Positions 35,726-48,166 of a stretch of DNA of 56,081 bases are shown here, in pieces (the first letter of the stretch is position 1; each line of letters begins with the position of its first letter). The DNA is taken from NCBI GenBank assembly GCA_023645945.1, contig JALAIB010000005.1, positions 1-56,081 of the forward strand. Reading direction: 5' to 3'. The position numbers and the translations under genes were made by a program. The notes under the pieces are model-generated. The model had not been told where the DNA came from. It did no database searches and saw only the letters and a program-made list of their open reading frames with translations. The stretch comes from Diploschistes diacapsis (Eukaryota).

Positions 35726-38700
35726 ATGAGAATATTTAAAAGCCATCCCTTATTGAAACTGATAAATTCCTATTTAGTAGATTCACCTCAACCAAGTAAC
35801 CTAAGTTATTTATGAAATTTTGGATCTCTTTTAGCGTTTTGTTTAGTTATACAAATAATAACAGGTGTAACATTAGCAATGCATTACAACCCTAACGTAC
35901 TAGAAGCATTTAATTCAGTGGAACATATTATGCGTGATGTAAATAACGGATGATTAATACGTTATCTACATTCTAACACTGCTTCTGCATTCTTTTTCTT
36001 AGTATATCTACATATAGGTAGAGGATTATACTACGGATCCTACAAAGCACCAAGAACTTTAGTTTGAACAATAGGAACAGTATTATTTATATTAATGATG
36101 GCTAAAAATAAATGGCCAAATTGAATGTTAACTTATCATACTAAAATCAGTCAAAAAAAATCTTATACAAGTTTTAGTAAACAAAGAACTAAAGCATTAT
36201 ACAGAGTAGGACCGCACGACAAATAAGTATTATCTATAATTATATGCGGTATGTTAGGGGATTGATGATCAGATAAAATAAAAGGTCAAATATCTCCTAG
36301 TGTAAGATTTAATATAGAACAAGGTCTGAATAATACTGCTTATATACATAATCTAACTCTTTATTTCAATAAAAAAGGTTACTGCTCCGCTCCAATATAA
36401 GTCCTAAGCTTGTAAAAAAACAGTTAAATGGTAAGGAACATTGATTTAATTATAGATTAACATTATTTTCTTTCACTTCTTTATTCTGGATACATGATTC
36501 TTTTTACAAACAAGTTAATGGTATTAAAATAAAAGTGGTTCCTAATTGAATAGGTGAGTATTTAACTCCTATAGGATTAGTTCATTGAATAATGCAAGAT
36601 GGTTCAAGACAAACTAAACAAGGTATAAGTATTGCAACTAATAATTTTGTTTACAATGAATGTGTGTTTTTATGTAATATATTAAAAGAAAAATACAATC
36701 TTAAATGTACAGTAATTAAAGCGGGTCACGTTAATCAATGAAAAATAAGTATTTGAAAACAAAGCATGCCTGATTTAACTGCAATAGTTAGACCTTATAT
36801 AATTAATGAAATGAAGTATAAGTTTATTGATTATATTTAAATCGCGACATTTACATAGCGCGAGGTATGAAGTTAAAAATCAAAGTCCATTTCTAATTAG
36901 AGTATATGCAATATGTATTTAAAAATATACTTTGTAATAATAAATTACTAAGAAATAGTATATCCTGACAGGGATATAGGATAATAAAGCTTATTATCTG
37001 GCAATGCTGATGAAAACGGTTAAAGACTTCATATTTAAGTTAAGACCGTCGGTCAAATACATGATCGCTACAGACTGGGTCATCGGTGGGTGACTGAAAT
37101 GTTGCTTAATGTACAGTCGGAGACTTCTATAACAAATTTGTTATACATAAGGCTTCAAGTGATGTATATTATAAAGAAATAAAGCAAATTTTGGGGACTA
37201 ATATACTGATGAAGTACAGGGGCAATTATTTAAATATGATTAGAATGATTAGCCGAAGTTTTGACTGCTTTCCTGGGTTATACATATGGCCCAACATGAT
37301 TTAATTTTATAATTATAGTAAAACACATTATAAATTCAGAAAAAACAATATCTTTATAATAGCTTGTTTCACAACGTTTTTAGGTAATACAAGTCTAATA
37401 TTATTTTATCTTGATGGTTACAAATTATCTTTATGTAACTATATTAAATATATACAATTATTTTTTTCAATAGCTTTATTTTTTTCTTTTTTTTTTTAAT
37501 TATATATTTTACATTAGATGAAATTAAAAAGCTAGATTTAGTATGTAACATAAAAGATGAAAGGGTTAACTTACATGGACATGTTAATGTTACGCACGAA
37601 GCAGCTAAATAAATATCAAAAGGTATGAGCACTATAGGTAGTCAAATAGGATTAGGTGCTTCTATGGTGGGGGTTAGTACTGCAATAGGTAAAGCTATAG
37701 CAAAATCTGGTCTGCCTCCTCTGCAAAAAGCAGTAATAATAGCAGGAGGATCTTTAATAGGAGGTTACGGTCATTCTATATTTAGTGCTATTAATAGAAA
37801 TAGTGCTAATATAGAAAATAAATCTATAAATTCTAATATATCTAAATTTATTGACGACTCTTCATTAAGTCCTTTAGAAACAAGAATATATGATATACAA
37901 GGTATAAGTATAACTTGTTTAGGTTTACTATTCATACTAACTATACAAATAGGTTTTAAATTATATCTTAAAGAAAACATAAAGTTAAATTTAGGTATCA
38001 AGTTAAATAATACTTTATAATATTACATAAATAAAAGAATTAATTTAAACAAAAAAATGAGCGTAATATATATATATAATATTAGTTATATTAACAATAG
38101 GATTGTTTTTATTGGTTTATGCTAGTTCATAATTCTTAAATAATTTAGATAGTTATATAATAAATTACAGACAAATAAAGTAATGTTTTTAACAAATAAA
38201 TTAACTTACTAATTTAAAGAAAAATTTTGCTAAACAAAATAGAAATTATAGCCATAAGTATTCTGAGGATGGTTTATTCTCTGAATTTATAAAAGAAAAC
38301 AATATAAAACCTTTACAAATTTATCCAGATTTACATCTAGATGAAACAATAAAGTTGATATCTAATAAACCTAAGGATATTAGTGGAGTTTATCTTATAT
38401 ATAATAATATAACAGGTCATTATAGGGTCAGCATATACAAATAGGTTTTATGCAAGGTTTGCTAATCATTTATTATATTTTAGAGGAAGTAAATTACTAA
38501 AACATGCAGAAAAAAAAATATAAACTTTATAGTTTTATATTTGCAATATTAGAATTATTTCCAGAGAAAGTTACTAAAGAAAATAACAAGTTTTTATTAG
38601 ATAGAGGATTTATATTTGAAATCTTTACTACCTGATTACAAAATATTAACTTAAGCTGGTTCTAGTTTTGGATATAAACATACTTAAATAACTCTATAAA

Positions 38701-41700
38701 AATGAAAAACAATTATAGTGTAGAACGACGTAACTTCAGAAGTAATTTCAATAAAGGCAAAAAATTGTCTAAATAAACCTTATAAAAACTAAAAGATAAA
38801 AGTTTAAATAGAAAAAAGATAACTTACACTAAAAAAAGTTTATTAGCTATGAAGAAAAGATCTAAAGCTATAATATTATACAATTTAGATAGAACTGTGT
38901 ATGGTTATTTTAATAGTATAACAGAAGCAGCAAATATTATAAATTGTGGTGATAAAACAATAAGAAGAGCTTTAAAGACTGATAAAAAGATATTAAAAGG
39001 AAAGTATATTGTAAATTATAATAAAGAATTAAATTATAGTCCCATGAGTTTAAATTTCTATGCAATTTTTATAAAAAAATAGAAATAAAGTGGAACAGTA
39101 TGACAGTACTGTTGAAAAAAAAAATAGATTAATTTGTTTTTTTGGCGATGTTAGTGAAAACGGTTAACTATTATGATAAAGACCGTCGGTTATATAAATG
39201 ATCGCTACAGACTGGGTCACTAATGGGTGACTGAAATGTTGCTTAATGTACAGTCGGAACTTTTAGCTATAAAGCTAATAGAATATACGAATTCAAAGTT
39301 ATTCTAGCTTAATTTATATTATTTCTTAAGTAAGTTTGTATGTATTACCATATGGTCAAATGTCACTATGAGGTTTTATTGTAATGCCTCAAATGTATGT
39401 TTTATATTCTATTCTATTTATATCTTTCCAATTTATTGGTTATTCAGAAAAGTTGACTAGACTTAAAGGTATATACAGAGTAGGGCCTCACAATAAAGAT
39501 GTTGTATGTATTATATTTGGGTCTCTGTTAGGAGATGCTCACGCTGAAAAAAGACAACAAGGTAATGGAACTAGAGTTACTTTCTACCAAGAACATTCTC
39601 ATGTTGAATATATGTTTTATTTACATAATTTATTATCTAACTTAGGATATTGTAAACCAAAACAACCTACAGTAGGAACAAGATTGGGTATTAAAGGTAA
39701 AGTAAGAAAAACAGTGAGATTTGCAACTTGAGCTTATACTAGCTTTAATTGAATACATGATTTATGATATAAAGATGGTATAAAAATTGTACCTGAGTGT
39801 ATAAGTTATTATTTAACTCCCTTAGCTTTGGCTATCTGGATTATGGATGACGGAGCTAAAGTTGGTAAAGGTTTAAAGTTTTCTACAAATTCTTATAGTT
39901 ACACAGATTGTTTAACTCTTGTAAGCGCCTTAAATGCCAACTTCAGTATTAAAAGTACAATACAAAGTGCAGGTTCTGAAAATCAATATATTATATATAT
40001 TTGAAAAGAATCTATGGATAATTTAAGAAATATAGTGTATCCTTATATTATACCTGAAATGAGATATAAAATAGATTAAAAATATAATATAATAACATAC
40101 ATAGTTATATAGCTACTTTTGTAAAAAGCGTTAGTATAAATAAAGCAATATTTACTTAAAATTTATTTAGACCGCTATATAGCAACATCTATGAAAACGG
40201 TCAATAATGTTTGTTTAGCATCGAGACCGTCGGTATAGTAAAATATCGCTACAGACTGGTCCATAGATGGGTGTCTGAAATATTTATCAAAATTGATAAC
40301 TAATTATGATGCTTAATGTACAGTCGGGTTTTTCCATACTATTAAGATCGTAATAGTATGCACAAGACAATATAGACAATTATACTGCGTAGTAGTATAT
40401 ATATTGAACATGGTTTACCTATTTTAAACATTTTAGATTTAAATAATTCTAAAAGTCTTATAGGCACAGTATAGGTAAATTGAAAAAGTGGCAACAGTTA
40501 TAACTAACCTTATGAGTGCTATACCGTGAGTAGGACAAGATATAGTAGAGTCAATAAAAGATATAAAATAAAATTTATGTTAGTAAAATCTATATTACCC
40601 ACAATAGGTAATATAAACAAAAATGGGTAAAAAAAAGTAAAAAATTTAAGACTAGACAAAAAAGAATACACCCCCCCCATCTTTTATAGCACTATTAGTT
40701 GGTATCATAGATGGTGATGGTTACATTGAAAGAACTAAACCTACTAAAGGGTTCATAACTATTAAACTTGTTATTTTAGTACATTTGGAGGATATTTATA
40801 CATTGGAATATATACATTCTATTTTAAAGATAGGTATTATATCTATATATAAGGATAATAGAAGTCCTACTTGTAAGTTAATATTTAATAAAACTGACTT
40901 ATAAGAAGTATTATTTCCGTTGTTTATATATCATAAAACATATTTTATTACTAACACTGGAAAGGACCAATTCAATCTAGCTATGTATATATTTAAAAAT
41001 GATATAAAATTATATAAACAAATTTCTAATAAACAAGATATACCCGCAGGTTTTGAACTATGTAAAACACCATTAGATTACACAAAGTTATCTAAAAATG
41101 AATAGTAGGGTTTACAGTTTCTGAAGGTTCTTTTTTTGTTATAAGCTTTGAAAATAATATTTAATACAAATAGAAAGATAGATAATCAAAACGAATTATA
41201 TAATCAGTTTAGTGTAAGTTCTAAATTAGATATAGAAACCGTTATGGATTTTTTTTTTCTTACTCCTTCGGAAGGGCTTACATCCTTTAATAGGTTAAAA
41301 AAACGTACAATATCTAAAGTGATTAGAGCTTTTACGTAATAGTTACCGCTATAAAAGTCTTAATTTTCCTAACAATTTATCAGAAAGTTTTACTACACAT
41401 AATTTATTTAAAATGGGCTCCTTAGAATAGTAATATTCTATAGGCAAATGGGGAGAATTGCAAAAACACCCTACTATATTCCACCGTTTATAGGGTTATT
41501 TGCATCGGAGCTTAATTCGGTACTATTTAATAAAATTATTAAATGAATTAAGAACGTTCAACGACTAACGAGTGAGTAATACCAACAATAAGCTCGACAC
41601 GAAAACCCCACAACAAAGTTTTTTGGTTGAAGACATAGTCTAAACATTAGATAAACTAATGAAAATAAGCATTAAAAACTTATAAAATTTTTGTCATATG

Positions 41701-42346
41701 AGGTGGATTTTCAGTAAACAATGCGACATTAAACAGATTTTTTGCATTACATTTTGTGTTACCTTTTGTATTAGCTGCATTAGCTTTAATGCATCTAATA
41801 GCCTTACATGATAGTGCGGGTTCAGGTAACCCAGTAGGTGTATCAGGTAACTACGACAGATTACCTTTTGCTCCTTACTTTATATTTAAGGATTTAATAA
41901 CAATATTTTTATTTATACTGTTATTGTCTATTTTTGTATTTTTTATGCCTAATATATTAGGTGATAGTGAAAATTATGTAATGGCTAATCCTATGCAAAC
42001 ACCACCTGCTATAGTACCTGAGTGGTATCTTTTACCGTTTTACGCTATCTTAAGATCTATACCTAACAAATTAGTTGGTGTTATAGCTATGTTTTCAGCT
42101 ATATTAATATTATTAGCTATGCCACTTACAGATTTATCAAGATCAAGAGGTATACAATTTAGACCTTTAAGTAAAGTAGCATTTTATGTTTTTATAGGTA
42201 ATTTCCTAATATTAATGCAATTAGGTGCTAAACACGTGGAGTCTCCTTTTATAGAATTCGGTCAAATATCAACAGTATTATATTTTGCTCATTTTTTAAT
42301 AATAGTACCCTTTATTAGTTTATTAGAAAATAGTTTAATAGAATTA
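35726..42346 (+). CDS. cob: Apocytochrome b; exons 35726-36103, 37264-37278, 39339-39374, 40491-40551, 41694 to ~42346; no stop, continues into cox2
   Basis: [47 protein letters not shown]. Confidence 0.96.
36104..37263 (+). mobile_element. cob intron 1 (position 378, group ID) with LAGLIDADG pseudogene 36104-36840
   Basis: ID core GACCGTCGG..ATCGCTACAGACTGGGTCA..GCTTAATGTACAGTCG; RVGPH..ICGMLGD and WIMQDG; TAA at 36224 and a frameshift near 36395. Confidence 0.88.
37279..39338 (+). mobile_element. cob intron 2 (position 393, group ID) with a decayed membrane-protein ORF (~37300-38180) and a GIY-YIG pseudogene (~38183-39082)
   Basis: ID core near 39150-39258; [52 protein letters not shown]. 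Confidence 0.88.
39375..40490 (+). mobile_element. cob intron 3 (position 429, group ID) with intact in-frame LAGLIDADG ORF 39375-40079
   Basis: FGSLLGDAH and [11 protein letters not shown] core 40190-40327. Confidence 0.9.
40552..41693 (+). mobile_element. cob intron 4 (position 490, group IA-like) with degenerate LAGLIDADG
   Basis: [10 protein letters not shown] and [10 protein letters not shown] remnants with stops and frameshifts; GTTCAACGACTA, AAGACATAGTCT. Confidence 0.85.
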
Positions 42347-44263
42347 CCAGAACTAGAACAAGATGACACAGTATTTTCTAGCTATAATTACTCATATCTA
42401 ACTAGCCGAATAAACTTGTTATCAATTATTCCGGTTTTATCTTTATTTGGATATAGTCAATCTAAAGATTATTGTGATACACCTAGACCTTGAGGTTTAT
42501 ATTTCCAGGATAGTGCCACACCACAAATGGAAGGTTTAGTGGAATTACACGACAATATTTTATTTTATTTAGTAATAATTTTATTTGCAGTTGGTTGAAT
42601 ATTATTTTCAATAGTTAGAACTTACACTAACACACTTTCACCTATTTCACATAAATATTTAAATCACGGTACGTTAATAGAATTAATCTGAACTATTACG
42701 CCCGCATTAATCTTGATATTAATAGCTTTCCCCTCCTTTAAACTGTTATATTTAATGGACGAAATAAGTGATCCGGCTATGTCAGTTTTAGCAGAGGGTT
42801 ATTTTTTAAGTGGCCCTAAATCGTATATATTAAATAAAATAGAAGACACCTATGTAGTAGGTAAAAGAAATAATATTGTTAAAAAAATAATTTTTAAGCG
42901 AATGTTCCATACTAGAATAAAAGCTGCATCTAGAATAGGTCCACACAACCTGGATGTTGTTTCAGTTATATTTGGTTCATTATTAGGTGACTGTTATGCG
43001 AGTAAGAGATCAATAGAAGGTACAAGACTTTGCTATAGACAAAGTCTTGTACATAGTGCTTATTTGTTTTGATTATATAACTTTTTCTTTACTAGAGGTT
43101 ATTGTTCTAATTTAAATCCTAGAATGTACAAAAGAGTCTTAAAAAATAAAGATAGTGGTGATAAGACTCATTATGGTTATGAATTTAATACTTATACTTT
43201 TAGAAGTTTTAATTGAATCCATAAAATGTTTTATAAAAAAGGAAAAAAATATATTAACACAGATATAGTTAAATATATAACACCTTTAGCTTTAGCTATT
43301 TGAATTTCAGATGACGGAGGTTGAGCCAAACCTGGTGTAAGTATAGCTACAAATAGTTTTAAATTAAAAGAAGTGGAATTTTTGTTGGAAGTTCTTGAAA
43401 GTAAATTTGCTTTAAGTTGTACTATTCAAATCTTAAAACCTTCTGGTAATTATAATATTTATATTAAAAGAAGCTCAATCCCCAAATTAAGAGTATTAAT
43501 TTTACCCTTTTTGCATCCATCTATGTATTATAAATTAGGATTAAAAAAACAATAAATTTTCTAGAGTTAATTTTTTATAATATTAAAGTTCTTCTAACCC
43601 CCCCTTCATATATACGATAGTCGAGAGATAAACAGTGTATTTATCTCTAAGTTTCCGACAGGATTCTTAGAGAAAAGATTTAATCTTTTCTCTGGCGACA
43701 CGAGTGAAAACAGTTAAAATATTATTATTACATTCAATATCCCACGAAAAGTGGTTGATAATAATACAAGACTGTCAGTAAATAGTTTATTTTCTTTTTT
43801 ATTTATTGCAACAGACTGGGTCACTTGTGGGTGTCAATTTTTGTTGATGCTTAATGTACAGTCGATGAGGCACCAATGATATTGAAGTTACCAGTATCCT
43901 GACTTTTTAAATAGTGATGATGACTTTATCGAATTTGATTCTTATCTTGTACCGGAATCAGATCTAGAACAAGGAACTTTAAGAATGTTAGAAGTAGATA
44001 ATAGAGTTATTTTGCCTGAATTAACACATATTAGAATTATTGTTACTGCAGCTGATGTTATACATTCCTTTGCATGTCCTGCATTAGGGATTAAATGTGA
44101 TGCATACCCTGGTAGATTAAGCCAAGTTTCTGTTTTAGTTAATAGAGAGGGTACATTTTACGGACAATGTTCGGAACTTTGCGGTATATTACATAGTTCT
44201 ATGCCAATAGTTATAGAATCCGTATCCATAGATAAATTTTTAGCTTGATTAGAAGAACAATAA
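42347..44263 (+). CDS. cox2: Cytochrome c oxidase subunit 2; mature N-terminus DTPRPW at 42476; exons to 42799 and 43871-44263; no ATG of its own
   Basis: [52 protein letters not shown]. Confidence 0.96.
42800..43870 (+). mobile_element. cox2 group ID intron with intact in-frame LAGLIDADG ORF 42800-43555
   Basis: [24 protein letters not shown]; core CAGACTGGGTCA..GCTTAATGTACAGTCG. Confidence 0.9.
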
Positions 44264-44322
44264 TACAATATCATTTTTATTAATATTGTAAATACTACTT
44301 TTAGACTTAAAATTTGAGTCTA

Positions 44323-44394
44323 GGGATATTGGCAGATTGGTTATGTAGTTGATTGCAGATCAAAAAAAATAAGGTTCAAATCCTTAATATCCCT
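44323..44394 (+). tRNA. trnC: tRNA-Cys(GCA)
   Basis: GGGATAT/ATATCCC acceptor, TTGCAGA loop. Confidence 0.85.
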
Positions 44395-44395
44395 T

Positions 44396-45579
44396 TTATG
44401 TAAGACTATCAATTAATATACAATAACTGTCTGATATAGTTAACTTGTGTTTATCCTTGCTAATAGTAATTCTAATTGTTTCATCATTTAACAGATAACC
44501 ACCTAAGGATTGTTTTGAATAATCTTTTGGTTCGCATATCATAAGTAATTTACTTGGTAAAGTAAAAATATCACTACTGTTCTTGGGACGTGCTACAGAA
44601 TTTTCAGGAACAAACAGAACATAATGCTTTTCATAAGAAGATGTACTATCAGTATTAGCTACTAACTTTTTCTTAATCATTTCACAATGCTCCAGTATTT
44701 CAATAATTTTACCACCTAACTCAGCATAATAATCATCTTCCACTAAAATAGATAAATCTATATTATTTTCGTTTAACATGGTAAGTCATGATCTGTAGGT
44801 GATTTCTTTACCTGTATGCTTGATGTGTGCGTTTTTTAAATGATTCATATATCTATTAAACATTTTTTTACCTATCTTAATACAAACATTTAACATATTA
44901 TAATACTTATCACTAGCAGAATTTGTATTTTGGTATGTATAAACTAATATAAAATGTAATAAAGATAAATTATACATAAAATCAACACCAATCATGTTAA
45001 CAATGTTATTAGTTAAAATTGCTTTGTCTTTAACTACTTTAGATCTAATTTTTTTATTAACAGCTTGTTCGGATCCAGCCAATAGTTTGCTTAAACTATT
45101 TTTTAATAAAAACTCCTTACTTATAATAAAATTAGTTTAACTACCACTTAGATACTGAGTATTTACACCACCTACCATATAATTTTTACTGCTGTTACTG
45201 AAAATAACATCAAATTGGTCTAAAATTAAAGATTCTATAGTCTTTTAAATTCTTCATTATAAGCAAATCTATCTTGATTTGTTAATAAAGTAATTTGGTT
45301 AGTTAAATGAGAAAGAAACTTAGATGTATGTTTATTTTCAGATATACTATCTGTGTTATTATTATTTTCAGATCCTGAATTGTATAACACTAACTCTTTA
45401 GTATTAGACTTTGTACTAGTAGAAAAAGGGTAAAACTGTACAGAATTATCGCTAGCCTTACCAAAGTAAGAGAATAACCGAATAAAAACAGGTAAGTGAG
45501 TAGTACCGTAGCCATAACAGAAAACTGGTAAACGAATTCTAGTTATATTATTGTTGTTGTTTTTCATTATTTTCTGCAT
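44396..45579 (-). pseudogene. rpo: Plasmid-type RNA polymerase, N-terminal part, frameshifted
   Basis: LGGKIIEILEHCEMI and KLLMICEPKDY...LGGYLLND, typical of mitochondrial plasmid RNA polymerases. Confidence 0.8.
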
Positions 45580-48166
45580 ACCAAAATAGAGACCAAATTA
45601 AGCGTATTCTACTAACATTTAGTAATGGAATAAAAACGACTGACAACCAAAAATTTAGACTGAAACAAGTTTCTCTTCTATAGAAAGCAAAAAAGGTAGT
45701 GATACTATATTAGTATACTATGGTTTTTATCAACACACAATTGTGTTTTAAATATATAAAAGGATAATAGATTATAATCTATTATGATATAACATTGATA
45801 TGGAAAATATTAAATTAGGGCTAAAGTATTTAGCCCTAATAGTATATAAAGGGATTATTATGCAAATCTTAGCTATACATCAAAGGAGAGGCTACATAAA
45901 TGATTGTGACCTATGTATTTTACATAACACATGTATCCTTAGAGAAATTAAATAATAAACGAAGTGAATTGAAACATCTTATTAACTTCAGGAAAAGAAA
46001 TCAAAAGAGATTCTATGATTAGTGTGAATGAAAATAGATCAGCCTAAATCTGTATATTATATATATAAGATCAAATAAACTAAAAAGATGATGGTTTTAA
46101 ATTTAAATATAGAGAAAAAATAAGTAAAATGGAGTACATACCTGTTTGAAAATAGGGGACCCTTCCTCTAAGGCTAAATATGATGTATAAGCGATAGGAA
46201 ATCTGGACCGTGAGGGGAAGATGGGGGTAGTAATTCTATAAGCAGCTCGAATATTAAATAAAAAAATGTGAGAGCGTACCTTTTGTATAATGGGTCAGCA
46301 AGTTAATATTAGATGCGAGCTAAAAGCGAAGATAAACTAATTATAACGTAATGAAAAGTATCTAATATTAGACCCGAAGCCTAGTGATCTTACCATTATC
46401 AGGAGTAAAGTCCGAACGGGTTATCGTTGTAAAGATATCCGAAGAATAATGGTAAGTTAGTGAAAGACAATACTGACTAGGATAGCTGGTTTTCTACGAA
46501 ACCTATATAAGTAGGCGGTTTTAATAGTATCAAGGCAGGTACAGCGATGTAATCTTAATACTCGGTTTAATAAATTTTGTATTATTGCGGGGGCCTAAGA
46601 ATCCTACAATTAAGTATTTGTACTCGAAAGGGCTTTGATAAATATTGAACTGTCAGACATAGTACGATAAGGTTGTATGTCTAAAGGGAAACAGCCCAGA
46701 ACAAGAGTTAATAAGGTTCCTAAATTATTGTTAAGTGAAATAAAGGTAGTTTTTATCCTATTCGGTTAGGAAGTGGGCTTAGGAGCGGCCATCTTTTAAA
46801 GACCTCGTAACAGAGCACTCGCTATTATAAATTAGATAAAGGCGCCTAAGATTTAACGGATCTAAACAATATACCGAAACCTTGTCCATATATAATTATA
46901 TATGGGGTAGTAGAACATAGGGTAAGCATTAGACTTATTTCTTTTTAAGAATAACAATTAGACGACCCTAGAGAGAATGCTGGCATGAGTAACGATAAAG
47001 GTATAAAAAACCTCGCCTTAAGCTTATGGATTTTTCACAATGTAACGGCCACTAAGTTTTAATTCTAAAGAGTTAAACGATGACAAGAACAAAATTATAA
47101 GATAAACAACCTTATTTAGTGAATAAGGTTCAGGAAAAACTTATTATTATTATTTCTACCGTACCTAAAGTCTATCACCAGTAAGCTAGTAGAGAATACG
47201 AAGGCGTTTGAGTGAACAATTATAAAGGAACTCGGCAAATTGGCTCCGTAACTTAGGGAGAAGGTGCGCCACTGATCTTGGTTAATGACAAGTAAAGAGG
47301 AGGAGGCATAGAATGGTGTTGTACGACTGTTTAATTAAAACAAAGCACTTCGCTAAGAAGACAATTCGATGTAAGGAGTGTGAGCTCTGCCAAATGCCGG
47401 CAGGATATAGTATTTTACTTAATCTAAAAAGTTAGGAATTGATAGAATCCCCGGTCAATGGCGGCCTTACCTATGAGGGTCCTAAGGTAGCGGAATACCC
47501 TGGCCGTTAAATGCGGTCTTGCATGAATGACTTAACGATACAACAGCTGTCTCTATAATTGGCTCAGTGAAATTGGAATAACTGTGAAGATACAGTTTAC
47601 CTCTAGATAGACGAGAAGACCCTATGCAGCTTTACTGCGACTAGTTATAGGGTATAATGGGTGGGTTTTAGAGTATAAGGTAATTAATATAAAGTTGGAA
47701 CACCTTTACTTCACTATTATACTTTTCACCTTATATGGTACAATCGCTAGGGGGCAGTTTATGCGGGGCACAGATCCCATAAAAAGTAACTGGGAATATC
47801 CTATATCAATCGGTAAATTTCCTTAAAAGTAAGTTATATTTATAATCTACTTTTTAATTTAACTCGTTATTGGTAATATTTATATTGCTAATCCAATTAC
47901 TATTCTATTTGGCTTAGAACCATGTTTTTATAATAAGTAAGATTTTAGCTATCAAATCGTAGCGATAAAAATAAACATTAGCTTTTAGTAATGTTTTTTG
48001 TTATTAATATTTCTTAATAACTTTGATTAATGTCAGACAAAGCTGAATGGTTTAATCTTGCTATACTGTTTAACTTACACGTTATTCAGTCGCGTAACGC
48101 GGGGCATACGATCACAAGATGCGGAAAGGAAAGGTCTTGGATTGTTGAAAAAGCTACGCTAGGGAT

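Noticed and set aside
37020..43865. Four similar blocks GACCGTCGG...CAGACTGGGTCA...GCTTAATGTACAGTCG as a novel repeat family
   Set aside because: They are the conserved cores of group ID introns in cob and cox2.
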